Below, one piece after another: positions 29,531 through 40,401 of a DNA stretch of 52,485 nucleotides. A program made the translations under genes and the position numbers. Origin of the DNA: an uncultured Bacilli bacterium (GTDB taxonomy: Bacteria; Bacillota_I; Bacilli_A; RF39; UBA660); contig CATJZL010000053.1 of assembly GCA_949745755.1 (NCBI GenBank), positions 1 to 52,485 on the forward strand, written 5' to 3'. Each line of letters starts with the position of its first letter. Position 1 is the first letter of the stretch. The notes under the pieces were generated by a model. It ran no database searches. It worked only from the letters and a program-made list of their open reading frames with translations, and was not told the origin of the DNA.

Positions 29531-31153
29531 ATGGCACAAGTAGAAATTATTGCAGCCAAAAAAAGAAAAAATGAAGAAATTATAACACAAGAAAAAAAAA
29601 GAGTATGTGCATATGCTAGAGTAAGTACAGATAGTGAAGAACAACTAACAAGTTATACATCACAGATTAAATACTATAAAGAATATATAAAATCCAAAGC
29701 AAATTGGACTTTTGTAGGAATTTATGCAGATGAAGGAATTAGTGGAACTCAAATAAAAAATAGAGATGGGTTTCAAAAAATGATAGAAGAAGCCATAGAT
29801 GGTAAAATAGATATTATCATAGCAAAATCAATTTCAAGATTTGCAAGAAATACCCTAGATACTTTAAAATATGTTAGATTATTAAGAGAATACAATGTGG
29901 ATATTCATTTTGAAAAAGAAAATATACATACCCTAGATTTAGATAGTGAAATGTTCTTAACACTTTACAGTGCCTTTGCCCAAGCAGAAAGTGAATCCAC
30001 ATCTGCAAATGTTACAATGGGTTTTATTGCAAAAATGAAACGAGGCGAAATAGTAGGAAACGCTGCATGTTATGGATTTGTATGGAATAAAGAAAAACAT
30101 AAGTTACAAATAAATGAAGAAGAATCAGAAATAGTAAAAATGATATTTCATTATTATATAGATGGTTATGGTACTAGAAAAATCGCCGAAAAATTAAATA
30201 CTCTAAATATAGTCTCCCCAAAAGGAACAAAATGGTGTCAAAGCACAGTAGCTAGAATAATTGCACAAGAAAAATATGTAGGAGATTTAATAGAACAAAA
30301 GTACTATACAATAAATCCCTTAACCCATAAACAAGTAAAAAATAATGGAGAAAAAGCAAAATATTATATAAAAAATCATCATGATGCTATAATAGATAGA
30401 AAAACATGGGAACAAGCGCAAGAAATCCAAAAACAAAGAAAAAGAAAAATCGAAGAGCAAAAAAACTATTTTATAGGAAAATACAGAATGCGTTATCCCT
30501 TTAGTAATAAAATGGAGTGTAGTACCTGTCATGCACCATTCCAAAGAAGAGTTGGATCAACAAAAAAGGACGGAAAAAAGACAGTATACTGGGCCTGTGC
30601 AAATAGACTAAAAAATAAAAATTTGTGTAGTCATAAAGAATTTATAGAGGATGCAGTAGTACAAAAAATATTTATAAAAATATACAATAAGATGGTAGAA
30701 AATAAGTATAAAACAAAAAAGGAACTTTATAAAACAATTAAAGAAATAGTATATAATACAGAATATAAAAAAAGAAATAAATTAAATCGTGAAAAAGATA
30801 TATTAAAAAAAAGATTATCCAGTCTTCTTGATATGAAATTAGATGGTTATATAGACAAAAAAAATTATCTAAAAAAAGAAAAAGAATTAAATAATAAATT
30901 ATTAGATATAAGGAACAAAATAGATAAAATAAAGGAAAATAAAGATATATTAAATGAAATAGAAAAAGTAATAAATGAACCATACTCATTGAATACTTTT
31001 GATAGAGAAGCATTTGATAATTTAGTAGAAAAAATAATAATAGGAGAAAAAGATAAAAAGGGCCAAAATAATCCTTATATGATAAGAATTAAAATAAAAA
31101 CAAATAAAATATATAAGTTTGATATTTCAAAAAAATCAAAAAAACCCTGTTAA
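29531..31153 (+). CDS. Large serine recombinase (resolvase + recombinase + Zn-ribbon/coiled coil)
   Basis: AYARVST catalytic Ser, YADEGISGT, KSISRFARN, AQAESES.S, YG, H.AII, CSTC...WAC...C. Confidence 0.93.
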   Translation: MAQVEIIAAKKRKNEEIITQEKKRVCAYARVSTDSEEQLTSYTSQIKYYKEYIKSKANWTFVGIYADEGISGTQIKNRDGFQKMIEEAIDGKIDIIIAKSISRFARNTLDTLKYVRLLREYNVDIHFEKENIHTLDLDSEMFLTLYSAFAQAESESTSANVTMGFIAKMKRGEIVGNAACYGFVWNKEKHKLQINEEESEIVKMIFHYYIDGYGTRKIAEKLNTLNIVSPKGTKWCQSTVARIIAQEKYVGDLIEQKYYTINPLTHKQVKNNGEKAKYYIKNHHDAIIDRKTWEQAQEIQKQRKRKIEEQKNYFIGKYRMRYPFSNKMECSTCHAPFQRRVGSTKKDGKKTVYWACANRLKNKNLCSHKEFIEDAVVQKIFIKIYNKMVENKYKTKKELYKTIKEIVYNTEYKKRNKLNREKDILKKRLSSLLDMKLDGYIDKKNYLKKEKELNNKLLDIRNKIDKIKENKDILNEIEKVINEPYSLNTFDREAFDNLVEKIIIGEKDKKGQNNPYMIRIKIKTNKIYKFDISKKSKKPC

Positions 31154-31223
31154 AAGAAAAGAGAAAGAATAAAATAAGAAATTGTATATTCATTTAAATA
31201 TATAGAAATTAATATAATTAAAT

Positions 31224-31589
31224 ATGAATAATGCAAAAGAGGATCAAATAAAAAATTTAACAACAGAAGAAATCTTATCTAGTGCTTTTATAGTACTAGG
31301 TATTTTAAGCATTTATGGAGATGAACTGCAAAAAAAATATATACAAACAAAAAATAAAGCTTATGAAGAACAAGCAAATTCCATTTTTGATTTAATTCTT
31401 TTGATTACTTTAATATTATATTTAATCTTTTTATATAGAAATTATAAACGTTATCAAAAATCTCCACAAAATACAAAATCTCTTTTTGGAGTAAGAGTTC
31501 TAGGAAGTTTATTACTACTAGCAGGTATCTTGTGTACAATTTATTTTCAACAGAATATAAAAACGCCAACAGCAGCACCAGAATTATAA
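31224..31589 (+). CDS. Hypothetical 3-TM membrane protein
   Basis: Three hydrophobic segments; ORF only. Confidence 0.65.
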   Translation: MNNAKEDQIKNLTTEEILSSAFIVLGILSIYGDELQKKYIQTKNKAYEEQANSIFDLILLITLILYLIFLYRNYKRYQKSPQNTKSLFGVRVLGSLLLLAGILCTIYFQQNIKTPTAAPEL

Positions 31590-31742
31590 GAAAAAACTTA
31601 AATATAAATCTGACCTCTTAGTATTATATTAAGATTTGAATATAGTCAAAATACCTGTTTAAAAGGAGAATATTTTATTAATATCCTTTTTTATTTTGCA
31701 CTTATAAAAAAAGACAAGAATTAACAGCCAAAAGCAAAGCTA

Positions 31743-31771
31743 TTGACATCAAAAATATAACATTCTAAAAT
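31743..31771 (+). promoter_or_regulatory. Putative sigma-A promoter
   Basis: TTGACA-N17-TAAAAT. Confidence 0.65.
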
Positions 31772-31818
31772 ATATCTCCAAAAGATATATATTTTTATAA
31801 ACAAAGAAGGTGTGAAAA

Positions 31819-32454
31819 ACGACAAAAGAAGAAATATACATAAAACGAAAGAAAAAAGAATTACTAGGACATATAGATACTTACAATAAAAGATGTTCAC
31901 CACAAAATAAAATCCTAGTAGATAAAAAAGACTTTGACATGGAAAGGACCTTATGTAGATCCAATATATGTAAGAATTGTGGTTCTTGTTGTAAGACATA
32001 TCCCTGTATTTTTGACCCATATGATTTTTTGGATATAACAAACTTAGATTATATGAAAAAACTATTAGATACCAATATATTATGCATATCCGAAACTTAT
32101 GAAAATAAAGTTCTAATAATAAGACCACGCGGAATAGGAGACTTAGGAACTGTAAGTTTACACGAAGATATAAAATATTCATGGAATGGCTCAAATTCAT
32201 GTATATTACATTCTACGAACGGATGTTTACTTCCTATTGAATACAGGCCAAGTGAAGGTTTATTACATATTCCAATTGATAGAATAGATCACCAAACAAT
32301 ATATAAAGAAGAAGATATCGAAAAAGAATACATACAATATAAAGAAATCTTACTAACCTTATTCAAAAGATATTATACTATACAGAATTTACCTAATGTA
32401 GAGGAAGAAAATATAAAAAAATTTACAAAATATATAATCGGATATAAAAAATAG
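31819..32454 (+). CDS. CxxCxxCC cysteine-cluster (YkgJ-like) protein; frame extends upstream of ATG 31939 to an ACG at 31819
   Basis: CKNCGSCC, C.L....GC.L....RP; SD GAAGGTG 6 nt before ACG. Confidence 0.6.
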   Translation, partial: TTKEEIYIKRKKKELLGHIDTYNKRCSPQNKILVDKKDFDMERTLCRSNICKNCGSCCKTYPCIFDPYDFLDITNLDYMKKLLDTNILCISETYENKVLIIRPRGIGDLGTVSLHEDIKYSWNGSNSCILHSTNGCLLPIEYRPSEGLLHIPIDRIDHQTIYKEEDIEKEYIQYKEILLTLFKRYYTIQNLPNVEEENIKKFTKYIIGYKK

Positions 32455-32551
32455 TTTGATCTAACTATCTAATAATAATATTTAGAATATAGATGACTAA
32501 ATGTCAATTGTATAGTATAATGAGAGACGAAATGAAGTAGGTGATTTCAAT

Positions 32552-35500
32552 ATGCAAATAACAGAAATAGGTACAAATAAAAACAGAAAAAATCATGAAA
32601 AAGAAATATTGTATTATGTTAATTATCCAGATTATGTAAAAGGAAGAAATTATTACAAAAACTATATTACTTTAAAATCAAAAGAAAGAGAAGAAACTAG
32701 CACAACATTTTATTTTGATGTAGAATCAGAAAGAACTTATGAACATTATGATTGTAATATAAGCGTAAATAAAAAAGGAGAAATAATAGATCACGAATGT
32801 ACTTGTATGCAGTTTGCCTCTTACGAAAGTTGTAAACACCTAGCAGCCTGTCTTTATAATTACCAAGATGAAATATTTATTCATGAAATAGATGATAAAG
32901 AATTAGAAAATATAACAAAAAAAGTTTTCAAGTTTTTCACCGATAATAAAGAAAAAGCAAAAGTAAAAAGAAAGTTAAATTTAAAAATAAATATAACAAC
33001 TGAAACAAACTTTAATTATGAAAATGATACAGGAATGATAGCCCTAGAAATAGGAGAAAAAAAATTATACAAATGTAGTAAACATAAACTAACAAATCTT
33101 TTAGATGCCATAGAAAGGGAAGAAGAATTTTATATAGGAAAACTTTTCACGTATACTCCTATAGAACATTACTTTAGTGAGGAGGACAAAGAAATAATAG
33201 AGGATCTTCAAGCTCTAAAAGAATCATCTCGTTATGGTTATCAGCCAATGACTTTAAAAAGAAATAGTATAAAAAAATTTCTAAAAAAATTAGATAAAAA
33301 AGAATTTATATTAAATGGTTACACAATTAAAAAAATAGAAAACAAATATCCTCTACCAACTACTTTAAATAAAAGAAATGATAAATATAGCCTCTCCTTT
33401 AATAATATAGAGGATATAGAAATCATTACAGGAGATTTAGAATACATCCAAATAAATGAATACCTATATCATTTAAACAAAAAAGATAGAGAGTTACTTC
33501 AAATTGTATTAGAAAATGATTTAGAAAATATGATTTTTTCTAAAAAAGATATTTCAGAATTTTCTAAAAGCATTTTACCCACTATTAAAAATCAAATAGA
33601 AATAAATGAAGAAATAACGGATATAATATTATCAAAAGAACCCATACCTAAGATATATTTTGATTTGTATAGAAATAGAATTATATGTAATTTAAAATTG
33701 GATTATGAAGGAAATACAATTGACTACTTTGACAAAGAAAGTAATATTTTAAGAGATGATGAATTTGAATCGAAAATAATAGAAGAATTATATACCTATA
33801 ATTTTGAAATGGTAAAGAATCAAATTAAGATAGAAGAATTAGAAGATATAGCTTATTTTTTAGAAGAAGGATTAGAAAAATTAGCAGAAAACTATGAGAC
33901 TTATACTTCAGAAAAACTAAAAAATATCAATATTATTAAAAATAGTAATATAAAAGCAACATTCTCAATAGGTCAAGATAATATAATGAGCTATAACTTT
34001 GATTTAGGAGATATAAAAGAAGATGAAATTGTAAATATATTTGAATCTCTAAAAAACAGAAAAAAATATTTTAGACTAAAAAGTGGGGATATCATAAATT
34101 TGGAAGAAGATAAAGAATTAAAGGAACTTCAAAATCTAGCAGAAGAGATGAATATCAAAGAAAAAGACATGTTAGAAAAAGAAGGAACGATACCAAAATA
34201 TAGAGCCATTTATTTAGATAGTCTAAAGAAGAAAAAATATCATATTATAAAAACAAATAATCTTTTTGATGAATTAATAGAAAAATTCAATACATATAAA
34301 GATACAAAAGTAAAATTATCAAAAAAAGAAAAAGAGCTATTAAGAGATTATCAACTAGAAGGAGTAAAATGGCTATACAATATTGAACAAACAGGTTTTG
34401 GAGGAATACTAGCAGATGAAATGGGACTAGGAAAATCTATACAAACGATTTATTTTATAAAAGAATTATTAAAAGAAAATAAAAATTATAAATTTTTAAT
34501 CGTAGCACCTACCTCACTGACTTACAATTGGGAACAAGAGTTTGATAAATTTGAACCAAACATAAAATACAAAGTACTAGCAGGATTAAAGAAAAAAAGA
34601 TTGGAAGAGGAAACTAAGATAGAAAAAACAAATGTACTCATTACCAGTTATGGACTTTTAAAAGAAGATAAAGAATTTTTTCAAAATATAAATTTTAAAG
34701 TAATGATAATAGATGAAGCACAAAATATAAAAAATAGTAATACAGCTATTACCAAAACAGTAAAAAGTATAAATGCAGAAACCAAACTAGCACTAACAGG
34801 AACTCCAATAGAAAATTCAACTATAGAACTTTGGAGTATATTTGATTATATTATGCCAGGATTTTTAGGAAATATAGACACCTTTGAGAAAAGATACAAA
34901 GTAAGAGAATTTGATGAAGACACAAATAAAAATTTAGAAAGCTTAAATAATTTAATTACGCCATTCGTACTTAGAAGAAAGAAAAAAGATGTAATAAAAG
35001 ACTTACCAGATAAAATAGAAAATAACATTTATATTGAACTAACAAAAGAACAAAAGAAAATTTACGTAGCAGAATTAGAAAGAGTAAACAAAGAAATAAA
35101 CAAAATATTAGCAGGAGAAGGAATGAAAAAAGCAAGGTTTTTAATACTACAGCTCCTAACAAAATTAAGACAAATATGCATAGATCCAAGAATACTATAT
35201 GCAAACTATAAGGGTGGAAGTGGTAAAATGGAGGAATTTGTAAAAACAGTAAAAGAAGTAATTGAAAACGGTCATAAAATATTAGTTTTTACAAGTTTTA
35301 AAACAGCTCTTTCCCTAGCTAAAGAGGAATTAAATAAAAATAATATTACATCTTATACAATAGATGGTTCTGTTGCAAGTAAGAAAAGAATTGAACTAGT
35401 AGATAAATTTAACACAGATAATACAAATGTATTTTTTATCATGTTAAAATCAGGTGGAACAGGACTAAACTTAACGAGTGCTGATGTGGTGATTCATCTT

Positions 35501-35755
35501 GACTTATGGTGGAATCCCCAAGCAGAAAATCAAGCCACAGATAGAGCACATAGAATAGGACAAAAAAATGTAGTAGATGTAATAAGATTTATCACTAAAG
35601 GAACAATAGAAGAAAAGATACTTGATTTACAAAACAAAAAGAAAATACTAAGTGATAAACTAATAGATGCAAATAGTGGTGACAATACATTCTCAAAATT
35701 AACAGAACAAGATATCAAAGAACTTTTATCCTTCGAAAATAAAGAAGAAGCTTAA
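32552..35755 (+). CDS. SWIM zinc finger / SNF2 family helicase-like ATPase
   Basis: CTC...CKH SWIM, LADEMGLGKS, DEAQ.IKN, LTGTPIEN, GLNLT.AD, WWNP..E.QA.DRAHRIGQ. Confidence 0.95.
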   Translation: MQITEIGTNKNRKNHEKEILYYVNYPDYVKGRNYYKNYITLKSKEREETSTTFYFDVESERTYEHYDCNISVNKKGEIIDHECTCMQFASYESCKHLAACLYNYQDEIFIHEIDDKELENITKKVFKFFTDNKEKAKVKRKLNLKINITTETNFNYENDTGMIALEIGEKKLYKCSKHKLTNLLDAIEREEEFYIGKLFTYTPIEHYFSEEDKEIIEDLQALKESSRYGYQPMTLKRNSIKKFLKKLDKKEFILNGYTIKKIENKYPLPTTLNKRNDKYSLSFNNIEDIEIITGDLEYIQINEYLYHLNKKDRELLQIVLENDLENMIFSKKDISEFSKSILPTIKNQIEINEEITDIILSKEPIPKIYFDLYRNRIICNLKLDYEGNTIDYFDKESNILRDDEFESKIIEELYTYNFEMVKNQIKIEELEDIAYFLEEGLEKLAENYETYTSEKLKNINIIKNSNIKATFSIGQDNIMSYNFDLGDIKEDEIVNIFESLKNRKKYFRLKSGDIINLEEDKELKELQNLAEEMNIKEKDMLEKEGTIPKYRAIYLDSLKKKKYHIIKTNNLFDELIEKFNTYKDTKVKLSKKEKELLRDYQLEGVKWLYNIEQTGFGGILADEMGLGKSIQTIYFIKELLKENKNYKFLIVAPTSLTYNWEQEFDKFEPNIKYKVLAGLKKKRLEEETKIEKTNVLITSYGLLKEDKEFFQNINFKVMIIDEAQNIKNSNTAITKTVKSINAETKLALTGTPIENSTIELWSIFDYIMPGFLGNIDTFEKRYKVREFDEDTNKNLESLNNLITPFVLRRKKKDVIKDLPDKIENNIYIELTKEQKKIYVAELERVNKEINKILAGEGMKKARFLILQLLTKLRQICIDPRILYANYKGGSGKMEEFVKTVKEVIENGHKILVFTSFKTALSLAKEELNKNNITSYTIDGSVASKKRIELVDKFNTDNTNVFFIMLKSGGTGLNLTSADVVIHLDLWWNPQAENQATDRAHRIGQKNVVDVIRFITKGTIEEKILDLQNKKKILSDKLIDANSGDNTFSKLTEQDIKELLSFENKEEA

Positions 35756-35862
35756 TCTCTAATAAAACATAGAAAAAGCAACCAAATTTATACAAAAAGA
35801 TAACGATAATCGGTATTGCTACCAATAATATTTGTAATATAATTTTGGTGGAGGTGGAAAGA

Positions 35863-37236
35863 ATGAAGTTTTGCGATAAACTCACCAAACAAAGAAAAAA
35901 CAATAATTTAAGTCAAGAACAATTAGCAGAAAGGTTAAATGTTTCAAGACAAGCCGTTTCAAAATGGGAATTAGGCTCATCCTATCCAGATATGGAAAAA
36001 ATAATTCAATTAACAAAAGTACTAAATTGTACCTTAGAAGATCTATTAGATGATGGTACAATAAATCAAGGAGCAAGTTCTGGGAAGCTAAATATAAATA
36101 CTTGTTTCCAAGATTTACTGTCTTTTATTACAAAAACATATAATATGTTTTGTAGTATGACTCTAAAAGAAAAATTAAAATGCTTAATAGAAATGTTTAT
36201 TTTAGGAATCATTTTATTGATAGTTTTTGCAGTAGCTGATGCTTTAATTCAAAGTTTAATACTAGACTGGTTATGGCAAATTCCTAAGATAGGAGAATAT
36301 TTGATAGGAATATTAAATAACCTAGTAATAATAATATTTATAGCATTAGCTCTAATCGTATTTATCCATATTTTTAAAATCAGATATTTAGATTACTTTA
36401 TTACTATAGAAGATAGTAATATCAAAAATAAAATTATAGAAGAACCTATAGAAAAAATAGAAAGTAAAAACTATAAATACAAAGAAAAACAAAAAGAAAA
36501 AATAATTATTAGAGATCCAAAACACTCAGTAATGAATTTTTCGAAATTTTTAATGAAAATAATCATACTAATTTTAAAATTCTTTGCTTTAATCTTTATA
36601 ATTCCAACAATTTTTATCTTTATATTTTTAATACTACTAGCAGTAATAAGTATATACCATACAATGTATGCGACTCTTTTCTTTTATATAGGTCTAGTTT
36701 TAATAGGAGGGACGCTCATTGGTTATGCCATATTAGAAATCTTATATAATTTTATAGTAAATAGAGAAATAAAATTTAAAAGAATATTCATAATATTAAT
36801 AAGTAGTTTTATAATAATAGGTTTATTTAGTGGTTTAAGTTTCATAAGTTTATTGAATTATGATTACCAAAAAAACACTTCTAATCTCAATAAAAAAACA
36901 ACAACACAAAATATCACAGTAGGAGAATATACAATTTTTCTAAATCATATGAATGCGGAATACATAATAGATAATACACAAGCAGAAAGTACAGCAAAAA
37001 TAGAAATCACCTCTATAAAAGAAATAGACTATAATTTAAAACACTTCAAAATAGGTGAATATGACTATTACAACTTAGAAACGACAGATTTAAATGCATT
37101 TGACATATATAAAATAATTAGAAAAGACTTTCAAAGTAAGAGAATAAGAAGTTATACTCAAGAAAATATTGTAAGTACAAAAATCTATATATCAGAAACA
37201 ACTTATAACCTTCTAAAAGAAAAAAATAACATATAA
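35863..37236 (+). CDS. XRE HTH regulator fused to a multi-TM region and extracellular domain
   Basis: LSQEQLAERLNVSRQAVSKWE.G.S.PD; GGAGG RBS supports ATG 35863. Confidence 0.85.
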   Translation: MKFCDKLTKQRKNNNLSQEQLAERLNVSRQAVSKWELGSSYPDMEKIIQLTKVLNCTLEDLLDDGTINQGASSGKLNINTCFQDLLSFITKTYNMFCSMTLKEKLKCLIEMFILGIILLIVFAVADALIQSLILDWLWQIPKIGEYLIGILNNLVIIIFIALALIVFIHIFKIRYLDYFITIEDSNIKNKIIEEPIEKIESKNYKYKEKQKEKIIIRDPKHSVMNFSKFLMKIIILILKFFALIFIIPTIFIFIFLILLAVISIYHTMYATLFFYIGLVLIGGTLIGYAILEILYNFIVNREIKFKRIFIILISSFIIIGLFSGLSFISLLNYDYQKNTSNLNKKTTTQNITVGEYTIFLNHMNAEYIIDNTQAESTAKIEITSIKEIDYNLKHFKIGEYDYYNLETTDLNAFDIYKIIRKDFQSKRIRSYTQENIVSTKIYISETTYNLLKEKNNI

Positions 37237-37399
37237 TAAGAGATTAACTAGGATAATCTATTTATATAAGAGAGTATCTGAAGTAAAGTCTATCTAAAAA
37301 AATAGAATATTTTAATCTGAACAAAAATAAGAGTAATAAGTAAAATATAAAAAGTATTCACATATTAGTGGATAAAAGAACATAAAAAAGGAGTATAGA

Positions 37400-37702
37400 A
37401 TGGATATTTTAATAGATGAATTCAAATACCTAACTGGTGCATACTATGGCATGAAAGAATTAGATGAATATGATTTAAAAGAATATATTTTAAAAGATAT
37501 AGAAAACTATATAAAAGATTTTGTGAAAACAAATAAATTAGGTATTGATTATAAAAAAGAAACAGAAGAAATAGAAGAAAAACGAGAGGCAATAACCAAA
37601 TTTCAAGATTTATTATTGATACTACCTAAAATTAATGCACCTATAGAGTTAACGCAATTAGTAAAACAAAAAATTAAGAAATTAAAGGAAGAAAATCAAT
37701 AA
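37400..37702 (+). CDS. Hypothetical protein
   Basis: AAGGAG RBS, typical codon usage. Confidence 0.7.
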   Translation: MDILIDEFKYLTGAYYGMKELDEYDLKEYILKDIENYIKDFVKTNKLGIDYKKETEEIEEKREAITKFQDLLLILPKINAPIELTQLVKQKIKKLKEENQ

Positions 37703-37730
37703 AAAACTGCAACAGAGCAGTCTTTTTTAT
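37701..37730. terminator. Bidirectional terminator between convergent genes
   Basis: AAAAAACTGC..GCAGTCTTTTT. Confidence 0.65.
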
Positions 37731-37733
37731 TTG

Positions 37734-39116
37734 TTATTTTTGATGTTCAAACATTAATCCTTTATAATATTTCCAAGAAAGAATTTTAAAAGCAAGCCGG
37801 TCAATCAACTCTTCACTAAGTCTTCCATCATCAATAGCAACTTTAACGTCACGAATATCTTTTTCATAATCAGTTGTAATAATCAAATTATTACCAGCAA
37901 GTATAGCCTTTACAGCCTTATCATCAATATTACTCACAGCCCCCATGTCAAGATCATCAGTAATAATAACACCAGTGAAGGAAAGCTCATTTCGAAGTAG
38001 ATTATGTACACTATTAGAAAGAGAAGCAGCATTATCAGGGTCAATACTATCAACGGTATTATGACTAACCAGTACAGCCTCAGCGCCAGCTTTTATTCCC
38101 TCACGAAATGGAGGTAAATCATTCTTCATAATTTCATCAAACGTCCTAGTATCAACATTGCCAGTTGTATGTGTATCAGGATTATTTCCATAGCCAGGAA
38201 AATGCTTCAATGTATAACTAACACCACCACCAAGGCTAGCTTCAATAACAGTCTTTGCAAATTTAGAAGTCTCATCTGTATCTTGGCCTAAACTTCTATT
38301 ATACATATAAGCACTCGTATTAGTAGAAACATCAACAACAGGAGCTAAATTAAGATTAAGACCTAAATCATTAAGTAATTTACTTTTTTTAATTGTATCC
38401 TCAGCGATTAAATCAAGCCCACCATCCTTATACAAATCTTGAGAAGATTTAAATTTTTCAGAAGCAAGCAGAGGATTACTACTAACACGAACGACTGTAC
38501 CACCTTCTTCATCCACAGCAGTAATAAGAGGAATATTGGCATTCTTTTGTAAGGTACTAATCATAGATTTAACAGAAGATTTGTCCTTTCCATCAAAATC
38601 TTTTTTAAAGAAAACAAACCCACCAAATTTATATTTAACTAAATCAGCCACCTGATTGCTATCAGGATATCTTACTAAAAATAATTGACCAATCTTCTCA
38701 TCTAAGGATAAACTTTGTAGCTTGTCATAAGCAAGGATATAGTAATTACTAAAAATACCATTATCTTGATAATTAGAGGGGATCCCATCTTCATCATTAG
38801 AAACAGTAACCACACTATAACGAATAACCTTATTCGCTTGCATACTACTATTTTTATCCAAAACCCCAGTATACTCAATCAATAAATTATCACCAATATC
38901 AGCAGTAATATCATTCAAATTAAATGTATAAATGATATCATTTTCATCTTGAACAGTTAATTTTTTATCCTTAACGCCCAATACGGTAACCGCAATTTTC
39001 TTAGTTTTTATAGGTTCCTTCTTATCAAAAGAAACAATCGAAATGATACTACACAATATGACGAGAAAAACGCCAATAAAACTAACTAATATTTTTTTAT
39101 TTATATTTAATTTCAT
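37734..39116 (-). CDS. Membrane-anchored GH3 beta-N-acetylhexosaminidase (NagZ-like)
   Basis: VDEEGG.V.R, APVVD, KHFPGYG....DTH, ITDDLDMGA; N-terminal TM helix. Confidence 0.88.
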   Translation of the reverse strand: MKLNINKKILVSFIGVFLVILCSIISIVSFDKKEPIKTKKIAVTVLGVKDKKLTVQDENDIIYTFNLNDITADIGDNLLIEYTGVLDKNSSMQANKVIRYSVVTVSNDEDGIPSNYQDNGIFSNYYILAYDKLQSLSLDEKIGQLFLVRYPDSNQVADLVKYKFGGFVFFKKDFDGKDKSSVKSMISTLQKNANIPLITAVDEEGGTVVRVSSNPLLASEKFKSSQDLYKDGGLDLIAEDTIKKSKLLNDLGLNLNLAPVVDVSTNTSAYMYNRSLGQDTDETSKFAKTVIEASLGGGVSYTLKHFPGYGNNPDTHTTGNVDTRTFDEIMKNDLPPFREGIKAGAEAVLVSHNTVDSIDPDNAASLSNSVHNLLRNELSFTGVIITDDLDMGAVSNIDDKAVKAILAGNNLIITTDYEKDIRDVKVAIDDGRLSEELIDRLAFKILSWKYYKGLMFEHQK

Positions 39117-39265
39117 AAAATCACCCTACAATACAGTATAGTTTACAAGAAGTTTATTTATGAATGTTTTTATTAGAAAAGAAGAACTCTCTTCACCACT
39201 GACTTTATTTTTGATACTATATATGCTATTATAAAATAAAAAAACAAAAAATAAAAGGAGAAGTT

Positions 39266-39868
39266 ATGAAAGCAAATTACAAAATAACACAAGGTGTATA
39301 TGTCTTAACAACAAAAGAGGCTGGATGTATAGTTGACGCCGTAAGTACAGTATCAAATAGTCCTGAAAAATTAATAAGTATAGCAGTAAACAAACAAAAT
39401 TATACAAATCAAATGCTAGCAATACATAAAAAACTCATTTTATCTATTTTAGATGAAAAGGTAGACAAAGAAGTAATCGATACATTTGGCTTTCATACTT
39501 CAAGAGACTATAATAAATTTGATAAAGTAGAAATGCTAGAAAAAGAGGGAATAAAATATCCTAAAAATAGTATTGGCTATATGTACTGCGAAGTAGTAGA
39601 TAGTATAGATGTCGAAACACATACATTATTTATTGTTAGAATAAAAAATGACGAACTAATAAAAGATGAAAAACCCCTAACTTATGCTCATTATAGAGAA
39701 CATAAAGACAAATATTTACAAGAAGTAACAACAGAACAAAGTAAAACAGCATGGATATGTACAATCTGTGGATATGTCTATTATGGAAATGAAATCCCAG
39801 ATAATTATAAATGCCCAAAATGTGGAGTACCAAAAGAAGTATTTAAAAAACAGAATAAACGACTATAA
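39266..39868 (+). CDS. Flavin reductase-like domain fused to rubredoxin
   Basis: GVYVLT, FGF..SRD..KF, THTLF, TY..Y; WICTICGYVY...CPKCG. Confidence 0.9.
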   Translation: MKANYKITQGVYVLTTKEAGCIVDAVSTVSNSPEKLISIAVNKQNYTNQMLAIHKKLILSILDEKVDKEVIDTFGFHTSRDYNKFDKVEMLEKEGIKYPKNSIGYMYCEVVDSIDVETHTLFIVRIKNDELIKDEKPLTYAHYREHKDKYLQEVTTEQSKTAWICTICGYVYYGNEIPDNYKCPKCGVPKEVFKKQNKRL

Positions 39869-39899
39869 TTTTAGCAAAATTCATCTTATTATGTTAGTA

Positions 39900-40390
39900 T
39901 ACAATATCAAAAAAAGAAAGAATATAATAGAATTCTGAAAAGCGATAAGAATAAGTCATATATAAAAGATTGTAATGTCTGTTATAAAATAAATAAAAAG
40001 AAAGGAAAAAATCTCTAGGAATAAAATTTTATCAATATAGATCAGATAAGTATAGAATCAATGAATAAAAAATAAATTATGAATATTTATATAGTATCAT
40101 ACAACAGATAAAAGAGGATGGTCCAGCCTATGGAATGAGTTTTATCGGTCCACTAGGAATAGAAAAAAGCAGAATAATCAAGATGCCAACTGTCTAGTGG
40201 TCTATAAAAAGATAAAGAAAATTATTCCAGAGCAACGAAAGTAGATTACTACAAATATTTAGAACGCTTAGAAAAAATCTATTTATACAAGAAAAAATAT
40301 TTTTTACCATAAACAAAGAGCACAATCTAGAAATTTGAATAGATAAAGGAATAAAAAAATAGAAGAATATTTAAAAAGCAAATAAATAGG
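39900..40390 (+). pseudogene. Possible decayed gene remnant
   Basis: Coding-like fragments (EDGPAYGMSFIGPLGIEK; RATKVDYYKYLERLEK) broken by stops and frameshifts. Confidence 0.3.
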
Positions 40391-40401
40391 AGAAATTTAA
40401 A

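Noticed and set aside
28641-37236. Prophage or ICE
   Set aside because: No structural, packaging, relaxase or T4SS genes; no att repeats identified by eye
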